NCBI GenBank assembly: GCA_964618505.1
Contig: CAZUBH010000012.1
Span: 2,288 to 66,287, forward strand
Origin: an uncultured Thermoplasmatales archaeon
GTDB lineage: Archaea; Thermoplasmatota; E2; DHVEG-1
Direction: 5' to 3'
Length of the DNA stretch: 64,000 bases
Shown: piece by piece, positions 19,681 through 29,668 of the stretch
Numbering within the stretch: position 1 is the first letter of the stretch
Layout: every line of letters begins with the position of its first letter
Program-made: the position numbers and the translations under genes
Notes under the pieces: generated by a model
Seen by the model: only the letters and a program-made list of their open reading frames with translations
What the model was told of the DNA's origin: nothing
The model's database searches: none

Positions 19681-21369
19681 AACGTACTGTTGAATCATCC
19701 TATTTGTATTGAAAAATGATGCGTTTATTGCAATGCAACTTCTCATAGTTCTTATCCAATTATCCCTATCATTGTAAAACTTTGGTATAATCCAAGACTC
19801 TAACTTACTATATAAGTCATTTCTATCTGCATCATCATCAGATTCCTTTTCATTTGATTTTCTAGAACCAATTGACCACCCTGTTATGTTTTCTATGCAT
19901 CCTTCAATCCACCAACCATCAAGTGTACTAAATTGAGGAATGCCATTATGAGCTGCTTTCATGCCAGAAGTGCCAGATGCTTCCATTGGCCTTCGTGGAG
20001 TATTTAGCCATATATCTACTCCAGAAACCATCATTTTTGCAATGGCAATATCATAGTTATGAATGTAAGTCATTTTTATTTTATCATCAAACTGTTTAAT
20101 CGCATTATATATTTTTTTAAGGGATTCTTTTCCGCTATGGTCCTTTGGATGTGCTTTTCCCGCGTAAATTATCTGAATTGAACCTACTTTTTCTGTAATT
20201 TGTTTTAATCTTTCGATATCGGATATAAGAAGATCTGGTCTTTTATAAGGCGTTTGTCTTCTTGCAAATCCTATGGTAAAATGATCATAATTCATGCCTA
20301 TATTATATCTATTATTTACAAAATCTACTAGTGTTTTTTTAGCATTCATATGGGCCTGCCATATTTCAGACTTATCAATGCTAAATGCAGCTCTTAATGT
20401 ATATGGATCAGAACGCCATCCGGGCATATGTTTATCAAATAATCTTTGAAATGGCTCTGAAACCCAAGTTTGTGTATGAACGCCATTTGTTATTGCATCA
20501 ATTGAATATCCTGGAAACATTTCCCTAGATACTTCCCCGTGTTTTTTTGCCACACCATTTACATAATGGCTAAAAAATAAGGCGAGTCGAGTCATATTTA
20601 ATTTATTTTCATAAGTGACTTCACTAATTATTGAATCTGGCAATAAGTCGCCTAACATAGGCTTTGCAATTGACAAATCAAACTGATCGTGTCCTGCAGC
20701 AACTGGAGTGTGGGTTGTAAATACGCATTGCTCTCTTACTTTTTCTGCATCTCTAAATTGTCTAAAAAGCTCTAAAGTCGATAACGCAGCATGTCCTTCA
20801 TTCATATGATATTTATCTATTGTCTTATATCCTAACGATTGAATCGCCCTTACTCCACCAACACCTAAAACTATTTCCTGACCTAGTCTGTATTTGTGAT
20901 CTCCGCCATAAAGATATTTTGTAAGTTCTCTATCTTCACTACTATTTTCTTCTATATTAGTATCCAAAAAGAAAATCGGAACTAAATACCCTCCAATTCC
21001 CTTAACCAAATAATTCCAAATTCTAATCTTTACTTCTCTACCTTCAATATTAACGCTTGTCTTACTAGGAAGAAGTTTTAGAAAGTCATCAATATTAAAA
21101 TTATATGGAAGCTCAATTTGATTTCCTTCTTGATCTATTTTCTGATAAAAATATCCGTTTTCTGAAAGAAGGGTAATTCCAACAACTGGAACATTTTGAT
21201 CGGCACAAGATTTCAATGTGTCTCCAGCAAGTATACCAAGTCCACCACTGTATGTGGGTATGTGCTCATCAATTCCAATCTCCATAGAAAAATATGCAAT
21301 TTTTGGTTTTCCATTAAGGTTTACAGAAAGGTCTGCTTGCTTTTGAACTTCGATACTAGAAGACTCCAT
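19660..21369 (-). CDS. glgP: alpha-glucan (glycogen/maltodextrin) phosphorylase, GT35 short form
   Basis: EASGTSGMKAAHNG is the PLP-lysine motif of GT35 phosphorylases. It is convergent with the GDE gene and overlaps it by 21 nt. Confidence 0.8.
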   Translation of the reverse strand: MESSSIEVQKQADLSVNLNGKPKIAYFSMEIGIDEHIPTYSGGLGILAGDTLKSCADQNVPVVGITLLSENGYFYQKIDQEGNQIELPYNFNIDDFLKLLPSKTSVNIEGREVKIRIWNYLVKGIGGYLVPIFFLDTNIEENSSEDRELTKYLYGGDHKYRLGQEIVLGVGGVRAIQSLGYKTIDKYHMNEGHAALSTLELFRQFRDAEKVREQCVFTTHTPVAAGHDQFDLSIAKPMLGDLLPDSIISEVTYENKLNMTRLALFFSHYVNGVAKKHGEVSREMFPGYSIDAITNGVHTQTWVSEPFQRLFDKHMPGWRSDPYTLRAAFSIDKSEIWQAHMNAKKTLVDFVNNRYNIGMNYDHFTIGFARRQTPYKRPDLLISDIERLKQITEKVGSIQIIYAGKAHPKDHSGKESLKKIYNAIKQFDDKIKMTYIHNYDIAIAKMMVSGVDIWLNTPRRPMEASGTSGMKAAHNGIPQFSTLDGWWIEGCIENITGWSIGSRKSNEKESDDDADRNDLYSKLESWIIPKFYNDRDNWIRTMRSCIAINASFFNTNRMIQQYVLNAYFL

Positions 21370-21422
21370 TTTTCTCCATTCACCAAAAGGGTATAATGTG
21401 ACTTTATTTTTAAAATGTTGTT

Positions 21423-21728
21423 TTATGAATACATGAAACCTTCGTAATCTTCGTTTTTATTATTTTTGTTTGAACTATGTTTTATTAACTTTTTTTGCCT
21501 TTTCATACCAATAAAACTAAAATCATTTCTTAATAGTCTGACATATATTTTGTCACTTAAAGGCTCCAATTCTACAATTTTTTTAATTTGAAATTTTTTT
21601 AAAACTCTTTCCACAGATTTTTCTGGAAAAATTAATTGTTTTTTAATTTCAAAAACAGTAATAGGATATTTTTTCCTTAAGATTTTTATTATACTTTCTT
21701 CAACACTGCCTCTTAATATTTCTATCAT
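21423..21728 (-). CDS. small putative winged-helix DNA-binding protein
   Basis: 101 aa, basic, with a helix-rich N-terminus. The call is weak. Confidence 0.3.
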   Translation of the reverse strand: MIEILRGSVEESIIKILRKKYPITVFEIKKQLIFPEKSVERVLKKFQIKKIVELEPLSDKIYVRLLRNDFSFIGMKRQKKLIKHSSNKNNKNEDYEGFMYS

Positions 21729-21731
21729 AAA

Positions 21732-23165
21732 CTAAAAACACTCATAGGCTCTTGTGCCCATCTTATCTACTTTGTGTAGTTTTTCAACATCTTTATGCAT
21801 ATCTGGAGGATATCCCTCTGGAAAATCTATACAACCTTTGCAAATATCAAATCCAATTGCTTTTCGAAGACCTTTCATACTAATATAAGCAAGTGAATCT
21901 GCCCCTATTTCTTTTGCAATTTTATTCAAATCTTTTTGCTTTCCTTCCTCATCAACAGCAATAAATTCTTTTTTGCTTCTCATATCTATCCCTAGATAGC
22001 ATGGAGCTAAAAGAGGAGGACAACCTATTCTAACATGAACTTCTTTTGCACCTGCATTTTTCATTCCTCTAACAATTTTTCTGATGTTAGTACCTCTAAC
22101 AATAGAATCATCAAGAAGTATTGTTTTTTTACCTTCTAAAACAGACCTAATAAAAGATAATCCTTCTTCAACGACTCTATCTCTGCTTTCCTGAGTTTGT
22201 TGTATAAAAGATCGTTCGTCTTTATCCTTCATTATACCTTCATCGATTGGTATGCCTGATTCTCTAGAGTAGCCAAGAGCATACCTCCTTCCTGATTCTG
22301 GCACAGGAACTACTATATCTGCATCAACTGGGTATTCTTTTGCTAAAAGTCTACCTATTTCATCCCTAGTTAAATGAACAGATCTACCATTAATACGTGA
22401 ATCTGGTTTTGCAAAATATACAAATTCAAACATACAGGGATATTCTTTTTCCCTGACTATCTGTTTTTCAAGAATATTGCCTTTTGGATCAATAATTACT
22501 GCTGTTCCTCCAGGAATATCTTTAACATACTCAAAACCAATTTTTTTGAAAACTCTAGTTTCAGATGTCAAGCAATACATGCCATTTGATCTGCCTAAAA
22601 CCAAGGGTCTAATCTTATGTGGATCTGTTAGAGCAAACATAAAAGGACGATTACCAGAATCTGCGACAAATAAAGCAGAATAGCTTCCTTTTGCTTTTTT
22701 AAGTACGTTTTTACAGGCCTTAAAAATTACGTCTGGATTTAACTCCTTTTTGTATAACTCATCAGCCATAGGAAGTAAAAGCCATTGAATGTCGCAATCA
22801 GTCCTTGGTGTTCTAGTGGTAGATTTGTTTACTCGTGAGCAATTGTATATATTTCCATTATGAACTGCTGCAAGAAATGGATTAACTAAATATTCTGGTT
22901 GGGAATTTGCCTTTAGTGATTCCAAATCATCCATTCCGGCTGTTGAATATCTGGTATGTCCAATTCCTATGTTGCCCGGAGTGGATATTTTTTTTTCTTC
23001 GTCTAAAACTTCTCTAACAAGGCCTGCATCTTTTGTTACATGAATATTTCCATCATAAGTGAGTTTTCCTGCAGAAGATTGTCCTCTATGCTGTATAGAA
23101 AAGAGACCATGATACAACAGTCTTGATACTGGCTTATCTCCAATAATACCAATAATACCGCACAT
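21732..23165 (-). CDS. purF: amidophosphoribosyltransferase
   Basis: N-terminal MCGIIGIIG is the Ntn class-II glutamine amidotransferase nucleophile Cys. A PRTase domain follows. The start is set at the MCGI Met rather than the longer ORF-track start. Confidence 0.85.
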   Translation of the reverse strand: MCGIIGIIGDKPVSRLLYHGLFSIQHRGQSSAGKLTYDGNIHVTKDAGLVREVLDEEKKISTPGNIGIGHTRYSTAGMDDLESLKANSQPEYLVNPFLAAVHNGNIYNCSRVNKSTTRTPRTDCDIQWLLLPMADELYKKELNPDVIFKACKNVLKKAKGSYSALFVADSGNRPFMFALTDPHKIRPLVLGRSNGMYCLTSETRVFKKIGFEYVKDIPGGTAVIIDPKGNILEKQIVREKEYPCMFEFVYFAKPDSRINGRSVHLTRDEIGRLLAKEYPVDADIVVPVPESGRRYALGYSRESGIPIDEGIMKDKDERSFIQQTQESRDRVVEEGLSFIRSVLEGKKTILLDDSIVRGTNIRKIVRGMKNAGAKEVHVRIGCPPLLAPCYLGIDMRSKKEFIAVDEEGKQKDLNKIAKEIGADSLAYISMKGLRKAIGFDICKGCIDFPEGYPPDMHKDVEKLHKVDKMGTRAYECF

Positions 23166-23255
23166 TTTAGTTTCCGGAATGAACATATATTATTTATAGG
23201 TTTTTTTATAAAATGATTTTTTAATCAATATATTAAAAATAAAAAATTTAAAAAA

Positions 23256-25085
23256 TTAGAATATTTTTCTTGCTATTAAAAGATCCATATTTACATTTCC
23301 AGCATTGTCATAAGCAATTACTACAAGTTCATATTTATTTTTTATCAGAGTTGTGTCTTCCCAATCCCACTCATAAGGTGCTTCATAATCTGTAAAGACT
23401 GCAAATGGTTCGCTATCAAGATAAAATTCAACCTTTTCAATTCCTGATTCAAAATCTTCTGCTTGAACTTGAATTAAAATATCCCCAATTATAATCGTTT
23501 TTTGTTTTATAATTGACGATAATAAACTTCTACCCATAATATAGAGCCCATTTTGTGGAGATGTAATCTCTACGAAAGGTTCTGTTGTATCTTCTCCAGG
23601 TTCAGTTTGCATAAGTGGATAATTATCTTTTCCCATTCCATCTTCGATTTCATATAGAACATCACCAATACCGTCACTGCCTAATTGGTCTTGATTTGGG
23701 CCTTGATATAGATCCTCACCCATGTAATCGCTCCAATAATTTCCTCCAGAAGGATAGCCGTTATCCCAAAGATTGTTAGAATCATCATATGCATTGTGTG
23801 CGTTATCTAAAAAGATATTGTGATAAATTTTGTTGTAAGAAGATTCTTCAATACCAACACCCGCATAGCCGTTATTTGAAATTGTATTGTTAAAAATTTG
23901 ATTTTCATCACAATTGTTTTTTATGTAAATACCGTTCCATGTATTATTCATTATTTTATTATTGAACATCTTATTCTCATCTGAAGAACATTTCAAGTAA
24001 ATTCCATGATAATTTGAAGTTACTATGTTGTCTTTTAAGACGCACTCATCCTTGATTATTTTAATACCTGCATCATTTAGATCATTACCACTATTTTTTA
24101 CAGTAAATCCACTAAGCTTTACAAAATGATCATTTCTTCCACCACAAATTCTAACTACCGTATCAGAAAGTCTACCATCAATCATTGTTGTTTCTTTGTT
24201 TTCTCCCAAAAGATATATTTTTTTGTAGATTAGTATATGTTCATGGTAAACATCGTTTAATACAAAGATTGTATGACCGCAATTTGTATCAGAATCGTCA
24301 ATTGAATCCTGAATTGTAATAAACATCTCTTTTGTATCCAAATTTTGAATGGAGCCAAAATAATGTATTAAAGGATACCAATCTCTTGTCTCGTTTCCAT
24401 AAATATCGTAAGGAGTTTCACCTATGCCATCCTCGTCATCATCTACGCCATCATAATCATCCCAAAAGTTACCGCCTATAACTGACCCTTGATCCCAAAT
24501 ATTGTTATTTTCGTCAGAAACATGCACATTATTTGAAATAAAGTTATTGTGAAATATTTCATTATCTGTATCTGTTGTTCTAATACCTATGTTATTTTCT
24601 ACAATATTGTTATTTTCAATTATACAATAACGTGAATTAAGGATAACACCTGCGTCATTTTGCTCATTTCCGCTATTTTTAATTGTAAATCCATTAATGT
24701 AAACACAATCTGATGTAAGCGTTATTACACTGCAACAGTTTTCTCCATCAATTATTGTTGTTTCTTTGCACTCACCATAAAAATAAAGTGTTTTATGTAC
24801 TACTATACTTTCAAAATATGTTCCATTAAAAACAAAAATTTCATCATAACAATTTGAATTATCTATAGCGTCTTGAATATATTGATAAGGATGTTCTAAA
24901 CTTCCATCCCATGGACCAAGAGTATTGTCATCATCAACATAAATCATATCTGATAATCTATCGTTTTGATCTTTAGGTAAAGTATTTTTTGTTTTTTGTA
25001 AAATCGCGGTTGCTGAGGGCAATACAAGTATGACCACTATCAGCAAAACTATATATTTCAAATTAATAAATTTGAAGCTTTTCAT
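23256..25085 (-). CDS. secreted or surface protein with parallel beta-helix repeats, paralogue of 5301..6482, with an extra C-terminal about 100-aa domain
   Basis: Signal peptide is present. The N-terminal region (YVDDDNTLGPWDGSLEHPYQYIQDAIDNSN) aligns by eye with LYVGGLGPNNYTKIQDAIDNANND of the 5301 protein. Beta-helix repeats recur in the pattern N.I.NN..GI. Confidence 0.65.
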   Translation of the reverse strand: MKSFKFINLKYIVLLIVVILVLPSATAILQKTKNTLPKDQNDRLSDMIYVDDDNTLGPWDGSLEHPYQYIQDAIDNSNCYDEIFVFNGTYFESIVVHKTLYFYGECKETTIIDGENCCSVITLTSDCVYINGFTIKNSGNEQNDAGVILNSRYCIIENNNIVENNIGIRTTDTDNEIFHNNFISNNVHVSDENNNIWDQGSVIGGNFWDDYDGVDDDEDGIGETPYDIYGNETRDWYPLIHYFGSIQNLDTKEMFITIQDSIDDSDTNCGHTIFVLNDVYHEHILIYKKIYLLGENKETTMIDGRLSDTVVRICGGRNDHFVKLSGFTVKNSGNDLNDAGIKIIKDECVLKDNIVTSNYHGIYLKCSSDENKMFNNKIMNNTWNGIYIKNNCDENQIFNNTISNNGYAGVGIEESSYNKIYHNIFLDNAHNAYDDSNNLWDNGYPSGGNYWSDYMGEDLYQGPNQDQLGSDGIGDVLYEIEDGMGKDNYPLMQTEPGEDTTEPFVEITSPQNGLYIMGRSLLSSIIKQKTIIIGDILIQVQAEDFESGIEKVEFYLDSEPFAVFTDYEAPYEWDWEDTTLIKNKYELVVIAYDNAGNVNMDLLIARKIF

Positions 25086-25193
25086 AATTTTTCCTCCCTT
25101 TAAATGTGCTAAAATATCTTATTTATTAGCGCGATTGTTATATTTATTTTTATATTTAAGTATTACTGTAAAAATATGAAATAAAATTAAAAA

Positions 25194-26309
25194 TTACATA
25201 TATAAAAAATTACCTTTTTTATATATAAGTTCATTGTCTGCATAAACTTCACCATCCTTTCTTAAATCACACATCATATCCCAATGAAGACTTGATTTAT
25301 TTTTACTGCCGGTCTCAGGATATCCGCTACCAACTGCAATATGAATAGTTCCTCCAATTTTTTCATCAAATAGTGTGTTTTTTGTATAATGCTTTATACC
25401 ATAATTCGTACCAAAAGCAAATTCTCCTATTTTTCTTGAACCTTTATCCATGTCAAGCATTGAATTTAAAAAATTTAGGCCTTTTGAAGCCTTTGATTTC
25501 ACTACTTTTCCTTTTTCAAACCATAATTTGATATCATCAACTTCTCTTCCGCCATGAGATGCAGGAAAAGAGTATGATATATAGCCTTCTGCAGAATTTT
25601 CCACGGGGCCTGTGAAAACTTCACCATCTGGAAAATTTTCTTTTCCATAGCAATTTATCCATTTTCTTTTTTCAACAGAAATTTTCAAATCTGTATCTTT
25701 TGCGATTACGTGAATTTTTTTTATTTTATCTAATTTCTTTTTTATCTTCTGTTGCTCGACACGCATTTTCTCCCAATATTTGACAGGGTCTTTTTTATCA
25801 ACATGGGCGGCTTTAAATAGAAATTCTTCATAATCTTCTAAGGACATATCTGCATCCTGAGCAGATGCATTTGTTGGATATTGAGTAATGCACCATCTAA
25901 GTTTTTTTTCTGAAGCTCTTTTTAAAAATATTTCATGTATTTCTTTATTTGCAACACTTGCCTTTGCTTGTTTTTTTGAGTCAATATTTGTCATATTTTT
26001 AGTGTTCTCCGGACTAATTATTGCAAGCTTTGCGTCAATTTTTTCTATTTCAAATTTTGACAAGGGCGACATGTAATTTAGTTGATTATCTGATGCGTAT
26101 TTGAAATAAGTTTCAGCAAGACCATCAATTCCTATTCTGGTAAAAGGATGTGCTCCTTTGAGTATTGATTGCTTATAAACTTCTTTTATTAAAGGTGCCG
26201 CGAGATAACTACCAGATATCATAAATAAATCATTTTTTTTAATTGATAATGAGTGATTAATTAGGATGCTAGCCAGTTTTTCAATTCTTTTGTCAATCAT
26301 TAAAATCAT
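25194..26309 (-). CDS. aminopeptidase, M29 family (AmpS / aminopeptidase T-like)
   Basis: The length and overall sequence are recognised as thermophilic metalloaminopeptidase M29. The start may be the Met at 26300. Confidence 0.55.
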   Translation of the reverse strand: MILMIDKRIEKLASILINHSLSIKKNDLFMISGSYLAAPLIKEVYKQSILKGAHPFTRIGIDGLAETYFKYASDNQLNYMSPLSKFEIEKIDAKLAIISPENTKNMTNIDSKKQAKASVANKEIHEIFLKRASEKKLRWCITQYPTNASAQDADMSLEDYEEFLFKAAHVDKKDPVKYWEKMRVEQQKIKKKLDKIKKIHVIAKDTDLKISVEKRKWINCYGKENFPDGEVFTGPVENSAEGYISYSFPASHGGREVDDIKLWFEKGKVVKSKASKGLNFLNSMLDMDKGSRKIGEFAFGTNYGIKHYTKNTLFDEKIGGTIHIAVGSGYPETGSKNKSSLHWDMMCDLRKDGEVYADNELIYKKGNFLYM

Positions 26310-26349
26310 AAAAAGAATGGTTGAAAATATGAAATACTTTTCTTAGAAA

Positions 26350-27588
26350 TTAAATATTTTCCCATTCTCTTAGTACGGATTCCCATTTGTAGCTATCAAT
26401 GCCGTCTATTTCAGCAATTTTTCTTAGTATATTTTCATATCCTTTAACTAGTGTTCTTGTTCTAATTTTTACAATATAATCATAGGGTCCTGCTGTAGCA
26501 GTAACTCTTGTTACGCCTCTTACATTCCATATTTTTTTCATGGTTTCGTCTATTGGATATCCGGTTTTCATCTTGATAAAAATATAGGCTTTTGTTAATG
26601 TCAACGCAAATGAAAGTATTCCTAAAACCATTAATGAAATACCCATGGTCTTTATCAGTAATAAAACTGGATCTGTAGAAAAAGGTTCTATAATACCCAA
26701 ATAAGCAAGAACAATTGAAACAGGAAGTGTAAAAATTATTATGGACGATCTGACTGCCTGTACAACACTGGCTTTTCCAATACCCAGCGATCTAATATAT
26801 AATGTAAATGAAAAGAAAGTGCCTATAGCTATCAAAGCAATCCAACCAAAATTTTCTATTGAGGCAGATATGCTTTGTGCTACCCTATTAGTATTGTTAA
26901 CAAAATCAAATATCATTACAAAAATTATCGTAAAAATACACGCAAATGTGACATTCCAGAGTCTAATATTAATAGAATCGTTTGGAGAGTTTTTAATTTT
27001 CATCATTTTTAATTTTCTTTGACCGAGAGAAAATAAAACCCAACCCGGATTAATAACCAAAAATACCACTGCAAGGGATTGTAAACTTAACGATCCGCTC
27101 AGGCTAATCGAACCTAGAATGGCACCAAAAGTAACTATTGCAGAAGACTGTATCTCTACCAAGGTAGGTACATTTTTTTCAGTTATTGATTCAAAAATTA
27201 CTAGATATAAAATAACTACTTGTGAAAATGGTAAGACCACTGATGGATCGCCCAGCATAGATAATAATTCAAAATAGCCGAGTGTCATTATCGCATTGCC
27301 AAGGCCTGCAATAAGATGATATTTCAATTCTTGTTTTTTAATTAATCTTATTTTCTTAAAGGATGGATCAATTATTTTTGATCCAAGGCTTTTTTCTCCA
27401 ATTTTAATTGAAAAAAATAATGTGAACAAAAAGGAGACTAAGACCCCAAGTAAAAAAACTGAAAGACCTAGTACCCAAGGATCTTCGATAAATACTTTAA
27501 CTACTGCATCAAAACCAGACATTATTGCAGCAATTATGGATGAAGTAAATGCAAGAACATAAAATAGATATCTCTTTGTTATTTTCAT
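26350..27588 (-). CDS. multi-TM membrane protein with C-terminal Lrp/AsnC-type ligand-binding (RAM) domain
   Basis: About 10 TM helices over about 340 aa. The C-terminal about 70 aa (KIWNVRGVTRVTATAGPYDYIVKIRTRTLVKGYENILRKIAEIDGIDSYKWESV) resembles the betaalphabetabetaalphabeta RAM domain. The start overlaps the upstream RAM gene by 4 nt. Confidence 0.5.
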   Translation of the reverse strand: MKITKRYLFYVLAFTSSIIAAIMSGFDAVVKVFIEDPWVLGLSVFLLGVLVSFLFTLFFSIKIGEKSLGSKIIDPSFKKIRLIKKQELKYHLIAGLGNAIMTLGYFELLSMLGDPSVVLPFSQVVILYLVIFESITEKNVPTLVEIQSSAIVTFGAILGSISLSGSLSLQSLAVVFLVINPGWVLFSLGQRKLKMMKIKNSPNDSINIRLWNVTFACIFTIIFVMIFDFVNNTNRVAQSISASIENFGWIALIAIGTFFSFTLYIRSLGIGKASVVQAVRSSIIIFTLPVSIVLAYLGIIEPFSTDPVLLLIKTMGISLMVLGILSFALTLTKAYIFIKMKTGYPIDETMKKIWNVRGVTRVTATAGPYDYIVKIRTRTLVKGYENILRKIAEIDGIDSYKWESVLREWENI

Positions 27589-27833
27589 AATGCGATTTCT
27601 TTTTCAATTACCTGCGTAGTTGTTTTTTTAACGCCTTTAATCATTTGAAGTTTATTTGTAACTTTTAGAAGATTTTCTAAACTTTTTACATGAACTCTAA
27701 CAACTATATCATACTCGCCTGCAACAACAGAAATTTTTTCTACATTTTCTATTTCTCTCATTTCTGATATTGCTTTATTTGAGTCGCCGGGTTCCATTGA
27801 TAATAGTATATATGCATTTATCATATTTTGCAC
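27585..27833 (-). CDS. standalone Lrp/AsnC ligand-binding (RAM) domain protein
   Basis: 82 aa. INAYILLSMEPGDSNKAISEMREIENVEKISVVAGEYDIVVRVHVKSLENL matches the AsnC_trans_reg C-terminal domain pattern without an HTH. Confidence 0.6.
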   Translation of the reverse strand: MQNMINAYILLSMEPGDSNKAISEMREIENVEKISVVAGEYDIVVRVHVKSLENLLKVTNKLQMIKGVKKTTTQVIEKEIAL

Positions 27834-27916
27834 CTAATTTTCAGGCCGTATATCCATCTGTATTATAAATTTAACTACTAAAAAAACTTTTATTTAGAAA
27901 TAGGTTGTGACAATAA

Positions 27917-29632
27917 GTGTTAAAAGCAACCATTATTGACGGTTATATAGACGAACCAACCTGCTTAGGGGTTCCACCCTACATAAGTCCTTACCCTAGA
28001 TACATTGCAGGATCGATAATAACTTTTGATAAAAAATCTCAAATATGTTATTTTACAATTGATCAAATTAGAAAAGACGAGTCGTTAGTCAATATAGCAT
28101 CTTCATCAGACATAGTTGTAATTATTGCAGGCGTTTCTGTTCCAGGTAAATATCTTTCTGGATATCCTGCAAGTCCTAATGAAATTATATCTTTGTTAAA
28201 AAAAGTTAAAAATCCGGTTAAAATTTTAGTAGGACCTGCTGCAAAATATGGATTTGGTCTTTTTGGAGGCAAGTCTATAAAAGATATCGAAACATACAAA
28301 GATTTTTTTGATTTAGTTATAAAAGGAGACGCCGAGATAACGATCTTCAATCTTTTAAAAGAAAAATTAAAAGTAGAAAATGTTAATCAATTACAATTAA
28401 GAAAAAATGGCCATTCAATAAGAGATTTTGCAATTTTAGGATCCGATATTGTAACCAAACATCCTTTTTTCCCAGATTATTTAATCGCAGAAATTGAAAC
28501 CTTTAGAGGTTGCCCGAGAAGTTATTCTGGCGGTTGTTCATTTTGTAGTGAGCCTTCAAAAGGTCTTCCAGATTTTCGGCCAATCAAAGATATTGTAGAT
28601 GAAATTGATGAACTTTATAAAAAAGGCATTAAAAATTTTAGACTAGGAAATCAGCCATGTATTTTTTCATATATGGCAAAAAATGCCGAAACAGAAGAAT
28701 TCCCAAAGCCAAACCCTGAATTATTAACTAAGTTATTCTCAAAAATTAGAGAGGTTGCAGCTAATCTTAAAACACTTCACATAGACAACGCCAATCCAGG
28801 AGTTATCGCTAGATTTCCTGATGAATGCAAAAAGATTGCAAAAACAATAATAAAATATCATACACCTGGGGATGTTGCTGCTTTTGGTATAGAAAGCGTT
28901 GATCCACAAGTAATAAAACAAAATAATTTAAAGGCAGATCCTGAAGATTCTTTAAAGGCAATTAAAATTTTAAATGAGGTTGGCTCAAAATTGGGTTCAA
29001 ACGGAATGCCCGAGCTACTTCCTGGACTGAATTTTGTATTCGGATTGAAGGGAGAGACAAAAACAACATTTGATTTAAATTTTCAGTTTTTGAAAAATAT
29101 TTTGGATGAAAAATTGCTAGTTAGAAGAATCAATATAAGACAGGTTATTCCAATCCCAGAAACAAAAATGTATGAATTAGGAATAAAAAATGTAGTTAAG
29201 CACAAGAAAGACTTTAAAATATTTAAAAGGAGAGTAAAGGAAGAAATTGAAAGGCCTATGCTTAAAGAAGTTGTTAAAAAAGGAACTGTTTTAAAAGATG
29301 TGTATACAGAATGCTATGAAGGGAAATTAACATTTGCAAGGCAATTAGGTAGCTATCCTTTACTTATAGGAATCCCAGGGGTTATTCACTTAAACAAATT
29401 TTACAATCTAAAAGTCATAGATTACGGTTTTAGATCTGTAACTGCAATACCTTATCCTCTAGACATTAACAAATCGCAAAGAAAAACATTGGAAGCAATT
29501 CCTGGTATTGGTAAAAAAAGGGTTGTAAAAATTCTTGCAAATCGACCGTTTAAAAACAAGGAAGAGTTAAAGCAAACAATCGATGATTCTGATGTTTTAT
29601 TATCACTTTTGAAATATGTAGAGTTCAAGTGA
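27917..29632 (+). CDS. radical SAM-superfamily enzyme with C-terminal helix-hairpin-helix motif (archaeal COG1031-like)
   Basis: The Cys cluster ETFRGCPRSYSGGCSFC has C-x7-C-x2-C spacing, which is non-canonical. There is a TIM-barrel-like middle region. The C-terminal LEAIPGIGKKRVVKILANRPF is a HhH motif. Confidence 0.5.
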   Translation: MLKATIIDGYIDEPTCLGVPPYISPYPRYIAGSIITFDKKSQICYFTIDQIRKDESLVNIASSSDIVVIIAGVSVPGKYLSGYPASPNEIISLLKKVKNPVKILVGPAAKYGFGLFGGKSIKDIETYKDFFDLVIKGDAEITIFNLLKEKLKVENVNQLQLRKNGHSIRDFAILGSDIVTKHPFFPDYLIAEIETFRGCPRSYSGGCSFCSEPSKGLPDFRPIKDIVDEIDELYKKGIKNFRLGNQPCIFSYMAKNAETEEFPKPNPELLTKLFSKIREVAANLKTLHIDNANPGVIARFPDECKKIAKTIIKYHTPGDVAAFGIESVDPQVIKQNNLKADPEDSLKAIKILNEVGSKLGSNGMPELLPGLNFVFGLKGETKTTFDLNFQFLKNILDEKLLVRRINIRQVIPIPETKMYELGIKNVVKHKKDFKIFKRRVKEEIERPMLKEVVKKGTVLKDVYTECYEGKLTFARQLGSYPLLIGIPGVIHLNKFYNLKVIDYGFRSVTAIPYPLDINKSQRKTLEAIPGIGKKRVVKILANRPFKNKEELKQTIDDSDVLLSLLKYVEFK

Positions 29633-29668
29633 AAAATTAATTTAGTTATTTCATATAATGATTAAAAC

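Noticed and set aside
19496-19693. 65-aa plus-strand ORF overlapping the 3' end of the debranching-enzyme gene
   Set aside because: It is in an alternate frame of a well-supported gene and has no RBS or motif.
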